A DNA stretch of 64,000 nt from a bacterium (GTDB lineage: Bacteria; 4484-113), in the NCBI GenBank assembly GCA_021163765.1, contig JAGGTK010000053.1, positions 8,017-72,016 of the forward strand, in the 5' to 3' direction. The position numbers and the translations under genes are program-made. Of this stretch, positions 39,147 to 48,477 are shown piece after piece. Position 1 is the stretch's first letter; each line of letters begins with the position of its first letter. The notes beneath the pieces were generated by a model, which made no database searches, had not been told where the DNA came from, and saw only the letters and a list, made by a program, of their open reading frames with translations.

Positions 39147-41597
39147 ATGGACAGTGACCCGAAAGGTGACGGACTGCGAGTAGGCGTCTTCGTATGTGAT
39201 TGCGGCCTTAACATCGCGGGGACGGTCGACACCCAGGCAGTGACAGATTACGCGGCAACTCTTCCAGACGTCGTGTGCGCCATCCGGAACCGCTACACCT
39301 GTGCTGATCCGGGGCAGAACGAAATCAAGAAAGCCATTGCCGAGCACCGCCTGAACCGAGTAGTTATCGCTTCCTGCACCCCGTTACAGCACGAGCCCAC
39401 ATTCCGGACCTGCGTCGCTGAGGCAGGCCTTAATCGTTACCTCATGGAAATGGCCAACCTGAGGGAACAATGCTCCTGGGTACATCCCAGCGACATGGAG
39501 GGCGCTACCAGAAAGGCGAAAGACCTGGTAGCAGGCGCAGTGGCACGGGCACGAAATCTGCAGCCGCATGACGACCTGTCGGTTCCTGTCACCAAGCGCG
39601 CGCTTGTCATCGGGGGAGGTATAGCCGGCATGGAAGCTGCGCTCGAGCTGGCCGACTCGGGGCATCAAGTGGTACTGGTTGAAAAGGAGGCATCCATCGG
39701 TGGGATTATGGCTCAACTGGACAAAACATACCCCACCATGGATTGCTCCATATGAATTCTCGGCCCTAAGGCCATAGATGTCGGTCGACATCCAAACATA
39801 GAACTCCTAACCTACAGCGAGGTAGTGAATGTATCGGGCTACATCGGTAACTTTACGGCGGAAATCCGCCGGAAGGCGCGCTATGTGGACCCGGAGGCAT
39901 GCACCGCATGTGCGGAGTGCGCCCAGGTGTGCCCGGTGGTGAAACCCGACGAGTATCAGATGGGGCTATCCTCCCGGAAAGCCATCTACATTCCCTACCC
40001 CCAGGCGGTGCCATCCTCCTACATCCTTAATATGGAAGATTGCCTGGGAACCAATCCCATCGCCTGTGGAAAGTGTGCCGAAGTATGCGAGCCGGACTGT
40101 ATCAATTATGATGACCGCGACATAATCGTCAAGCGTGATGTGGGTGCGGTAATCGTGGCAATCGGCGCTGACGTGTATGACCCCACCGAGATGGATGAAT
40201 ACGGCTACACGCGCTTCGACAATGTGATCACTTCCATGGAATTCGAGCGCCTAATATGCGCTGGTGGGCCGACGCTGGGCCACTTTGTGCGACCGAGTGA
40301 CCATGAGCGTCCGAAGCGCATCGGCTTCATACAATGTGTTGGATCCCGAAATCCTAGCATTGGGAGGCCCTACTGCTCCAATATCTGCTGCATGAACACC
40401 ATCAAGGACACTCTCCTGTTGGCTGACCATTACCCGGACGTAGAGTGCACCGTGTTTTACCAGGACATTAGAGCTTTCGGGAAGTCGTTTGAGGACATGT
40501 TCCAGCGCTCTAAGGAGGCTGGCACCCGTTATATCAGAGGAATACCGGGTGATATTGAAGAGGATACTGAAACCGGCAACCTCACCCTCATAGCAGAAAA
40601 CACCACTAGCGGCAAGATAGAGCGTCATGAGTTTGACATGGTTATCCTATCCGTTGGGGTCGGACCGCCCAAGGATCTTGCTAAAATCTCCAGTCTGCTA
40701 ACACTCTCCAAGACCTCGGATGGCTTCTTCATGGAGTCCCATCCGAAACTGAAGCCTGTTGATGCCCCCACGCGCGGAGTTTTCTTCTCTGGCTTTTGCG
40801 AATCCCCCAAAGACATCAAGGATTCTGTATGTCAGGCCGGTGCAGCTGCTTCACGCGCTGGCGCGCTGCTTAACGCGGGCCAGGTCCATATTGAGGCGAT
40901 TACCAGCGTGATTGACGCGGATGCCTGCAAGAAGTGCGGTGTATGTGCGAGCGTTTGCCCCTATGGCGCAATCACATGGAAGAAGGGCGAAGTGGCCGTT
41001 GTCATCGACGCCGCGTGCGCGGGCTGCGGAAACTGCGGCGCCGCCTGCAAATTCGACGCGATTACGATGCGCCACTTCACAGACGCGCAGTATATGGCTC
41101 AGATTCGCGCCATCCTGGCCGAAGACCCGCAGGACAAAGTCTTCGTGTTTGCGTGTAACTGGTGCTCATACAGCGGCGCGGATATGGCTGGCATTTCACG
41201 AATGCAATATCCGGCCTCCAATCGAATCGTAAGGACTATGTGCTCAGCGCGTGTCTCCGAGGATATGGTGCTTGAAGCGTTCCGTTGCGGCGCACCGGTG
41301 GTTCTCGTTTCCGGCTGCCATTACGCTGACTGCCACTATATCACTGCAAACAGGCAAACCGTTCAGCGCGTCCAGCGCCTGTGGAACAAGCTGGAGAAAG
41401 CCGGTGTCAGGCCGGAACGGCTGCAGCTCGAGTGGATTAGCGCCGCCGAGGGCCAGAAGTTCGCCAAGGTGATGGCCCAGATGGAGGAATTGCGAAAAAC
41501 GGTGACGGAGGAGGAAATCGAGTACACGATTGAGGCTCTAAAGCCAAAACCCAGGAAGCCTAAGAAGGAGAAGGAAGCTGCCGCAGTGGCCGGGTAG
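39147..41597 (+). CDS. hdrA: HdrA-MvhD fusion, predicted selenoprotein (Sec at codon 203)
   Basis: RVGVFVCDCG...DKTYPTMDCSI-TGA(39753)-ILGPKAIDVGRHPNI runs in frame into track ORF 39825. C-terminal FACNWCSY MvhD domain. Confidence 0.88.
39777..39792 (+). promoter_or_regulatory. Bacterial SECIS-like hairpin of hdrA-2
   Basis: GATGTC-GGTC-GACATC; 27 nt between the TGA and the loop; one compensatory pair change relative to the hdrA-1 hairpin. Confidence 0.75.
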
Positions 41598-41621
41598 CGG
41601 CTGACGGCCCGGAGGTCTCAT

Positions 41622-41798
41622 ATGGCAACAATGGAGAACTTCAAATGTATGTTGTGCGGTCACGAGTACCAGGAACTCGTTGAAGAAGGCGAGGACAAGG
41701 AACGCTCCTGTCCCAAGTGCCGTTCCAACAGCATTCGACATCTTAAGAAACGCGCCTCGCAGGGTGATTCCGATGACAAAGGCAAGAAAACCGAATAA
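41622..41798 (+). CDS. Small zinc-ribbon/rubredoxin-like protein (58 aa; not in the ORF track)
   Basis: GGAGG SD; MATMENFKCMLCGHEYQELVEEGEDKERSCPKCRSNSIRHLKKRASQGDSDDKGKKTE. Confidence 0.8.
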   Translation: MATMENFKCMLCGHEYQELVEEGEDKERSCPKCRSNSIRHLKKRASQGDSDDKGKKTE

Positions 41799-42294
41799 CG
41801 ACGATGTCGTAAAGGTAGACTTCGACTTCAGGCGCCAGCTCGCCAAGAAAGTCGAGGGCAACCTGGCCAGCTTTTGTTATCAGTGCGGGGCCTGCGTGGG
41901 CGATTGCCCTGCCGCAACCTACAGTGACGAGTTCAACCCCCGGGAGATAATGCTCAAAGTGTTATACGGACTTGGCGAGGAACTGCTGGTGGAGAACTCA
42001 GTATTGTGGCAGTGCACCAACTGCTACAACTGCGCAGAGCGATGCCCCCAGGACGTTAAGCCGGTCGAGGTCATCATCTCGCTGAAGAATATGCTCGCGG
42101 ACCTGAATATCTATCCCCCTACCGTGGAAAAGATCATCGGCACATTTGAGAAAACCGGCCGTACAACTCCCCTAAGCCCTGCGGTGGACCGGCAGCGCGA
42201 GCGGTTTGGGCTGCCACCGATGAAGCCTGTCCCCATGGACGAGATCAGCAAGCTTCTTGAGCCTGCATCCGATGAGGAGGATGATGCAGAGTGA
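41773..42294 (+). CDS. hdrC: Heterodisulfide reductase subunit C
   Basis: CYQCGACVGDCP and LWQCTNCYNCAERCPQDV. Start moved to ATG 41773. Confidence 0.88.
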   Translation: MTKARKPNNDDVVKVDFDFRRQLAKKVEGNLASFCYQCGACVGDCPAATYSDEFNPREIMLKVLYGLGEELLVENSVLWQCTNCYNCAERCPQDVKPVEVIISLKNMLADLNIYPPTVEKIIGTFEKTGRTTPLSPAVDRQRERFGLPPMKPVPMDEISKLLEPASDEEDDAE

Positions 42295-43181
42295 AGCCCT
42301 TTGCATTTTTCCCCGGCTGCCTGATTCCTGTTCGCTATCCGGCGATGGAGTTCGCCATCCGCCAGACCTTGCCCAAGCTGGGCATCGAAATAGTTGACCT
42401 TGAAGGCGCGTCCTGCTGCCCTGACCCAATCTACTTCAAGTCCAAGGACAAGGTCGCGTGGCTCTCCGTTGCTGCGCGCAACCTTACGCTGGCCGAAGAT
42501 CTGGGCCTAGATGTGTTCACTAACTGCTCCGGTTGCACTGCAACGCTTTCGGAGGCTTACCACCTTCTGAAGAACGACGAACTCAGAGAAAAGGTCAACA
42601 GGCGACTTAAAAAGATTGGCCGCAAGTACAAGGGCACGAGCAGAGTCCGGCACGTTGCGACCCTTGTTCGTGATGAAGCAGGCTACGACGCGGTGCGTGA
42701 ATCGGTCGTGCGCCCGCTGGACGGTATGAAAATGGCCATTCACTACGGCTGCCACCTGCTGAAGCCGAGCAAGATTATGAACGTAGACGACCCCAACAAC
42801 CCTGAAGTCCTGGAAAAAATGGTAGAAGCTATTGGCGCCACTCCGGTGCGCCATCGCAACTGGTATCTCTGTTGCGGAAAGGCCTGCCAGCATGAGGCTA
42901 TTCCCCTGAATATGATGCATGCCCTGCTGGGCACGGTGAAGGACGTGGAAGCGGAAATCCTGTGCCTAATCTGTCCAACCTGCTTCAGCCAATTCGATCA
43001 CGGCCAGATGAAGGTCGCCAAGCACTTCAACGACGATTACCACATCCCGCCGGTATACTACTTCCAATTGCTAGCTTACGCACAGGGCATTCCCTATGAT
43101 AAGCTTGGGTTTGACCGCCAGCGGTTCAAGCCTGAAAGCCTGCAACGCTTTGCAACCTCATCGGCACAGGTGGAAAATTGA
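42291..43181 (+). CDS. hdrB: Heterodisulfide reductase subunit B
   Basis: FFPGC, SCCP, CSGC, HYGCH, CCG, CPTCFSQFD. Confidence 0.92.
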   Translation: MKPFAFFPGCLIPVRYPAMEFAIRQTLPKLGIEIVDLEGASCCPDPIYFKSKDKVAWLSVAARNLTLAEDLGLDVFTNCSGCTATLSEAYHLLKNDELREKVNRRLKKIGRKYKGTSRVRHVATLVRDEAGYDAVRESVVRPLDGMKMAIHYGCHLLKPSKIMNVDDPNNPEVLEKMVEAIGATPVRHRNWYLCCGKACQHEAIPLNMMHALLGTVKDVEAEILCLICPTCFSQFDHGQMKVAKHFNDDYHIPPVYYFQLLAYAQGIPYDKLGFDRQRFKPESLQRFATSSAQVEN

Positions 43182-43215
43182 TCAGTGATATCTGTCAATC
43201 CTGGAGAGTAACGAA

Positions 43216-43776
43216 ATGAGCACTACTGAACTTCGAGTCAGCGGCTTTGGCGGCCAGGGCGTGATTCTCTGCGCCTATATCATCGGCCGCGCTGCGGCGC
43301 TACATGACGGGAGACATGCCACGCTTACCCAGAGCTTTGGCCCTGAGGCCCGCGGCAGCGCGTGTAGCGCCCAGGTAATCCTGTCCGATGACCCTGTTCT
43401 ATATCCGTACGTGCAGCATCAGAATGCCCTTGTCTGCATGTCCCAAGAGGCTTATGACAAGTTCGAGCCGGAGACAGACACCGACGGCATCCTGCTTTAC
43501 GAGGAGGAGCTTGTCACGCCCCACGAACCGCGCGCCGACATGAAAGTGTACGGTATTCCAGCCACCCGAATCGCTGAGGAACTCGGGCGAATAATCGTGG
43601 TTAATATCGTGATGCTCGGCTTCTTTACAGCGACTACAGGTCTGCTCCCAATGGAGGCGGCCCGCAAAGCGGTTGAAGAATCTGTTCCTGAAGGCACCGA
43701 GAAACTCAACCTGGCCGCTTTCGACCGTGGCTATGAATACGGAATTAAGCTGGTTGAAGAAAAAGCAGCGAAGTGA
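43216..43776 (+). CDS. korC: 2-oxoacid:ferredoxin oxidoreductase gamma subunit (KorC-like)
   Basis: SGFGGQG, TQSFGPEARG, NIVMLG. Confidence 0.9.
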   Translation: MSTTELRVSGFGGQGVILCAYIIGRAAALHDGRHATLTQSFGPEARGSACSAQVILSDDPVLYPYVQHQNALVCMSQEAYDKFEPETDTDGILLYEEELVTPHEPRADMKVYGIPATRIAEELGRIIVVNIVMLGFFTATTGLLPMEAARKAVEESVPEGTEKLNLAAFDRGYEYGIKLVEEKAAK

Positions 43777-43846
43777 ACAAATCAGCTATCCGTTTTTATA
43801 GTTGACGCTGGCGGAATCCCTAAGCCTCTATGCTATTCTAGATTAC

Positions 43847-44692
43847 ATGCCACAGAAGGTTACCAGGCTGTCCGCTACGAAAATATCCACTTTCGAACAG
43901 TGTGCTAAATACTATGAGTTTCAGTATGTGCACCGGGCCAAAAGGTCGTTCACGCCCATCGAATGGGAAGTTGGCAGCATTGTCCACGATATTATCGCCA
44001 GGCTGTTCAGGCAAATCAGGGATAAGCAACGTGGCACAATCCCCAAGCTCGGCAATGCGGAATGGTACCGCCCGCTTCTGGCCGACGCCACCTCGAATCT
44101 GCGGAACCAGGTAGACGAGGGAATTGTGCGCATTGTTAGGCCCGATGAAAGGATGCAATCATACGAGGAGCAGATGGACAACGCGCTAGGCACGTTCACT
44201 GCCAAGGCCCTGCCCTTGCTTCATGACCACAAGATTGTGGGCGTGGAAGCAGACCTAGGGCGGTTTAATCTGGATGGGATTCAGATAGATGGACGACTTG
44301 ACCTTATAACTCAATCTGGCGGCAACCTTTACGTGCACGACTGGAAGACCGGCGGTCGCCGCGACGAGGATGCGCGCCAGGCTAAAATATACTACTTCGC
44401 ATCCAAGGACAAGTACCGCCAACCAGCTACGACATTCACGCTCTACTACCTGGCAGAAGCAGGTGATATCGTCACATCTTATACCTTCAGCCAGGAACAG
44501 CGGGCGCTGCTTAGCGCCGAGATTGCTGACATCGCTGCGCGGATAAACGCTCTTGAAACATATCAGGCCCGAGTTTCGGTCTTATGCCACTGGTGCCCCT
44601 ACGGGCCCCAATGCGACGAAGGAAACGCGTATATGTCCGCCCATCCTCCACCAGTGAAGAAAGACCAGATAGACCTGGGCCTGGTAACGTGA
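43847..44692 (+). CDS. PD-(D/E)xK nuclease, RecB/AddB-like, with four Fe-S cysteines
   Basis: LSATKI..FEQC, G...H, GRLD, DWKTG, Q..IY, CHWCPY...C. Confidence 0.82.
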   Translation: MPQKVTRLSATKISTFEQCAKYYEFQYVHRAKRSFTPIEWEVGSIVHDIIARLFRQIRDKQRGTIPKLGNAEWYRPLLADATSNLRNQVDEGIVRIVRPDERMQSYEEQMDNALGTFTAKALPLLHDHKIVGVEADLGRFNLDGIQIDGRLDLITQSGGNLYVHDWKTGGRRDEDARQAKIYYFASKDKYRQPATTFTLYYLAEAGDIVTSYTFSQEQRALLSAEIADIAARINALETYQARVSVLCHWCPYGPQCDEGNAYMSAHPPPVKKDQIDLGLVT

Positions 44693-44693
44693 G

Positions 44694-45620
44694 TTACGCT
44701 GGCTGGCTCACCAGGTAGTTAAAACTGTGAGCCTCGGTGATGGGATGGCTGAAGCTACGGCTTCTACGGTTCATTGCCTCGAGCATCTTTCCCAGTCCTT
44801 TTAGCATCGCAACGTCACGCACAATGAGAAGCCATAGGTGCATATGCTGGCAATGGCTAAGAAACTCGCTCATCCAGTCGATGTAGTCATCCTCGCTATC
44901 GAAATGGGAGCCGAAGAAATATCCCGAAGGCAGGATACCAGGCAGACTGAACTGCTCATTTACCAATACTTCGCGCACCTGAATAAAAGGCGGCAGCGCC
45001 CCGTAACCTTGCGCAGGGGGGACATCTACGATAAGTACACGCGCCGCTATGTTCTCAAGGGTTTCCCGGTCAATACGCTGATAGGATTCATTAACCTCAC
45101 GATTCGATCTGAAGGGTCGCTTTATTTCGCGCAGGTAGAATCTCACAGCTTCAGACAAACGAAGTCCTCGGTCATTCGGGCCGCTATTTATGAGGTAATA
45201 CTTGGCCAGGTGCCACAGGAAGTAATGCAGCGTTGCGCGATGGTAACGCGTACGGTCGAAAACTGGGAGCTTCTTAATCTCTCTTTCATACTCGCAGAAT
45301 CCAGATGGAAGCATAACGCCGTTACGCTTTACCGCTTCGCTCTGCGACGCGTCAAAGTCCATTACGTCAGCCAGCTGCTGAATCCGCCTCAAATCGACGT
45401 TTGAGAGGAGGAACCTGTCATTCTCTATCAGCGCCAAATCGTACTCGTAAGCCCCCGGTAACACGGTATTGGTGATGACACGAACCCGGAAGTTGCGTTT
45501 GATGAACTGCTCGGTGTTTCCCACAACAGTATTTAGATAGACGACGTTGGTGTGGCGGTAGAATCTCAGCGTATCGCTGAAGAAATGCGGGAACGTCGCA
45601 AACTCAATAGAGTTGCACAT
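44694..45620 (-). CDS. Hypothetical protein
   Basis: 308-aa ORF whose start overlaps the stop of the HD-GYP gene; no motif recognised. Confidence 0.65.
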   Translation of the reverse strand: MCNSIEFATFPHFFSDTLRFYRHTNVVYLNTVVGNTEQFIKRNFRVRVITNTVLPGAYEYDLALIENDRFLLSNVDLRRIQQLADVMDFDASQSEAVKRNGVMLPSGFCEYEREIKKLPVFDRTRYHRATLHYFLWHLAKYYLINSGPNDRGLRLSEAVRFYLREIKRPFRSNREVNESYQRIDRETLENIAARVLIVDVPPAQGYGALPPFIQVREVLVNEQFSLPGILPSGYFFGSHFDSEDDYIDWMSEFLSHCQHMHLWLLIVRDVAMLKGLGKMLEAMNRRSRSFSHPITEAHSFNYLVSQPA

Positions 45621-46888
45621 CAGGCATCATCCTCCAGCTTCTCCACCTCTAAAGCGTCTTCTTCAAAGAACCGGGAAATGTCCGGGTCGAAGTAGCTGCC
45701 AAACCCATCCTCAATCACGTAACGAACCTGCTCGGCAGCAAAGTGCTTAGGTACAGATCGCAAATGCGTCAGCGCATCCGCAAGGTCACAAAGATGAAGA
45801 ACACGTGCGAGCAGCGGGATATCGTCCCCTTTTAGGCCGCCCGGGTAGCCGCATCCATTCCATCTCTCGTGGTGGTGGAGCACAGCCGCGACCACCTCGC
45901 TGAATCCGCTCAGTGGTTCAAGTATGGTCGCCGCATACTGAGGATGTTTCTGTATCACTTTGTACTCCATGTCGTTCAGCATACCTGGCTTATCCAGAAT
46001 CGAGTTCGGGATGCCGACTTTGCCGATATCGTGCAGGTTCCCTGCGATGACCAGAGTCTGCAACTCCTGCTCGGACAGCTTCATCTGCTCGCCCACTCGC
46101 TGGCACAAGCGCGCCACCCTTTTGCTGTGTAGCGCTGATTCCTTGTGCTTCGCTTCAAGCAAAGCGAGAAGAAAGTTCACGATGATACTGACATAGTCCT
46201 CACGCAACTGCGCAATGACGTCTTCCTGCAGTTCCATCGCGTTTAGAACCTCTTCATCTTCCGGTGAGCACTCGGTATCGTCGGCAAGCCCCTCTTCCGT
46301 CAGCTCTATCAACGGGCGAACAAGTGAAGGGTTAAACTGGATGCCCGCGAAGCGCATCAGTTCGCTATCCCAGTCTTCCGGCTTGCTGAAAAGACCACCC
46401 CGGCGTATGTTATCGAATGCATCGCAAAGCGAAACGATCTGGGCCAGCATCGGCGTCTCATCCATAGTCAGGCCCTCCGGATAGCCGGTGCCATCCCAGC
46501 GCTCGTGGTGCCACAGGATGAGACGCGCCGCAGTTGCAAGCACGGGGATCTGGCTGGCTATCTGCTGTCCGACAGCAGTGTGCGTAGTAAGGACCTGGAA
46601 CTCCTCCTCGCTCAGCTTCCCCTTCTTGTATAAAAGGCTGTCGGGAACACCTATCTCGCCGATATCGTGCAGCAATCCCGCGAAGTAGACCTGAGCCAGC
46701 GTTATCTGGTCGCTTATGCCGACTCTGCGCGCAAGCCGCAGGCAGTTCAGCGCCACACGGTCACTGTGTTGCGCATCCTTTTGCTCTACTAAATTCACTA
46801 CCCGCGATGTCGCCTCAAGAAGCTCGTGGAAAAGCCGCGCGTTCGGGTTGCGCCTGCCGTATTGCTCACTGAAGAATTCGTTAAACAT
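45620..46888 (-). CDS. Tandem HD-GYP cyclic dinucleotide phosphodiesterase
   Basis: Two LHDIG...HHERW.G.GYP domains. Confidence 0.9.
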   Translation of the reverse strand: MFNEFFSEQYGRRNPNARLFHELLEATSRVVNLVEQKDAQHSDRVALNCLRLARRVGISDQITLAQVYFAGLLHDIGEIGVPDSLLYKKGKLSEEEFQVLTTHTAVGQQIASQIPVLATAARLILWHHERWDGTGYPEGLTMDETPMLAQIVSLCDAFDNIRRGGLFSKPEDWDSELMRFAGIQFNPSLVRPLIELTEEGLADDTECSPEDEEVLNAMELQEDVIAQLREDYVSIIVNFLLALLEAKHKESALHSKRVARLCQRVGEQMKLSEQELQTLVIAGNLHDIGKVGIPNSILDKPGMLNDMEYKVIQKHPQYAATILEPLSGFSEVVAAVLHHHERWNGCGYPGGLKGDDIPLLARVLHLCDLADALTHLRSVPKHFAAEQVRYVIEDGFGSYFDPDISRFFEEDALEVEKLEDDA

Positions 46889-46894
46889 ACGGCC

Positions 46895-48469
46895 TTAGTT
46901 CTCCTCCACCGCTGCCATGCAAACTCGATTGCGCCCGCTGCGCTTGGCCTTATAGAGCGCCTTGTCCGCCATCTCCACGAGGCTGTTTCTGTTAACAGCC
47001 ATCTGCGGGAAAAGCGCAACACCCACACTGACAGTCACCGGCAACTTCAAGCCGTTGTATTCGAAATCGTGCTCCTCAACGAGTGACCTGATCTTCTCGC
47101 CAACCACCAGCGTCACGTCATAGTCAGCCTGCGGGATGATGATTGCAAACTCCTCCCCGCCGTACCGTGAAATGATTTCAGTCGCGCGCAAGCCTTCATT
47201 TAGCACCTTGCAGAGCTCCACGAGCACATAGTCGCCGACCTGATGCCCGTACGAGTCGTTTATCTGTTTAAAATGGTCGATATCGACCATAGCCAGCCCG
47301 ACCGAATGGCTGTAGCGCGACGCCCTCGTGAGCTCTATCTCCATGAATGTCTCGAACTGGCGCCGGTTATTTACCCCTGTGAGAGGGTCAGTTGTGGCCA
47401 TTTCCTTCAGCCGGTTCGTAAGAATAACATTCCCCACTATCTGGCGCAGCGTTCCTCCGAAAGTGGTCAGAAACCTGAAGTCCTCCTCTGTGAAGTCTGG
47501 CGGGTCGGTACGGTTCACAAATATAAGACCGTAATTCTCATCGTCAATATGGAGGTCGTAAGTCATATACGAGTGAGCCGCGCAGATCTTGGTCAGCGGG
47601 TTATCGAGGTCGAAATCAAGGATACGCTGGACCTTGGGGGTCGGTGGGTTAGCGTGGAAGCGCGGATAGTAATCCTCCAGCATCTCGTTTATCTCGCGCT
47701 CCTTGTGCTGGACACCCCAGTAAAAGCCTTGCTTTATGACGCTTTCAAAAGCGCTCAGCACCTGTGGGTCCAGGCTGGGATGCATTTTTTCTCCAAATAT
47801 CTCAAGAATATGTGCGGGTTCCTGCCTTGTACGCTCCTGCCCGCTAAGCTTGCTGTAGATCACGCGGAAGAACTGCGAGTGGAAAAAAGCCACACCGTCA
47901 TCGGCTTGCAGAATCGTCATTAGCTTCGCCAGAAGCCTCTCCGGAATCTGTGCATCCCGCACGAGATTCGATTCGCTCATCTGCGACACTTGTCCCAGCA
48001 GTGAGAGTTCCTCAACCTGCCTGAAGAGAACGTTCTCCTGAAGACGCATGTAATCCTGAAAGAGCTTGACCCGCACTTCGTCACTCGTGAACTTCAGGTA
48101 AGTCTCCTCTACTAAGTCACGAGACCTCTCCGGGCTGGGGTTCGCGGTTACGTATTCCACAAGCGTAATGAAGGTGTGCTCCCCGAGAAGCGACACTTCA
48201 TTTATTCGTAGCTGCAAATGCAGGTTCCTTGTAGCGAGCCGTATTAGCGTTAGCAGGAAATAGCCAAGGTCTCCTTCTCCCAGTGATTTAACCGCGGATG
48301 AGACCAATTGGCGAAGCACTCTGATTGATTCCTCTTTCTCCAAAAACTCCAGCAACTCACCGCAACGCTGGCAGATTTGTTCGGTTATTTCCCCCTCATG
48401 GGTCTTGAGATGAAGCGCTACCTCCAGGCGTTCATCGCGTCCAAATGTAGCTATTTCAACAGCAGTCAT
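46895..48469 (-). CDS. Diguanylate cyclase (GAF-like domain plus GGDEF)
   Basis: TDPLTGVNNRR, DIDHFKQIND.YGH, RYGGEEF, ADKALYKAK. Confidence 0.9.
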   Translation of the reverse strand: MTAVEIATFGRDERLEVALHLKTHEGEITEQICQRCGELLEFLEKEESIRVLRQLVSSAVKSLGEGDLGYFLLTLIRLATRNLHLQLRINEVSLLGEHTFITLVEYVTANPSPERSRDLVEETYLKFTSDEVRVKLFQDYMRLQENVLFRQVEELSLLGQVSQMSESNLVRDAQIPERLLAKLMTILQADDGVAFFHSQFFRVIYSKLSGQERTRQEPAHILEIFGEKMHPSLDPQVLSAFESVIKQGFYWGVQHKEREINEMLEDYYPRFHANPPTPKVQRILDFDLDNPLTKICAAHSYMTYDLHIDDENYGLIFVNRTDPPDFTEEDFRFLTTFGGTLRQIVGNVILTNRLKEMATTDPLTGVNNRRQFETFMEIELTRASRYSHSVGLAMVDIDHFKQINDSYGHQVGDYVLVELCKVLNEGLRATEIISRYGGEEFAIIIPQADYDVTLVVGEKIRSLVEEHDFEYNGLKLPVTVSVGVALFPQMAVNRNSLVEMADKALYKAKRSGRNRVCMAAVEEN

Positions 48470-48477
48470 AATTCACC

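Noticed and set aside
34307..41597. hdrA genes as TGA pseudogenes, or a genome-wide alternative genetic code
   Set aside because: The TGA falls at the same Cys column in both paralogs with covarying hairpins, and many other genes end normally at TGA and TAG.
43847..44692. Cas4 / CRISPR system
   Set aside because: The nuclease stands alone; no cas1 or cas2 and no repeat-spacer array were seen in the window.
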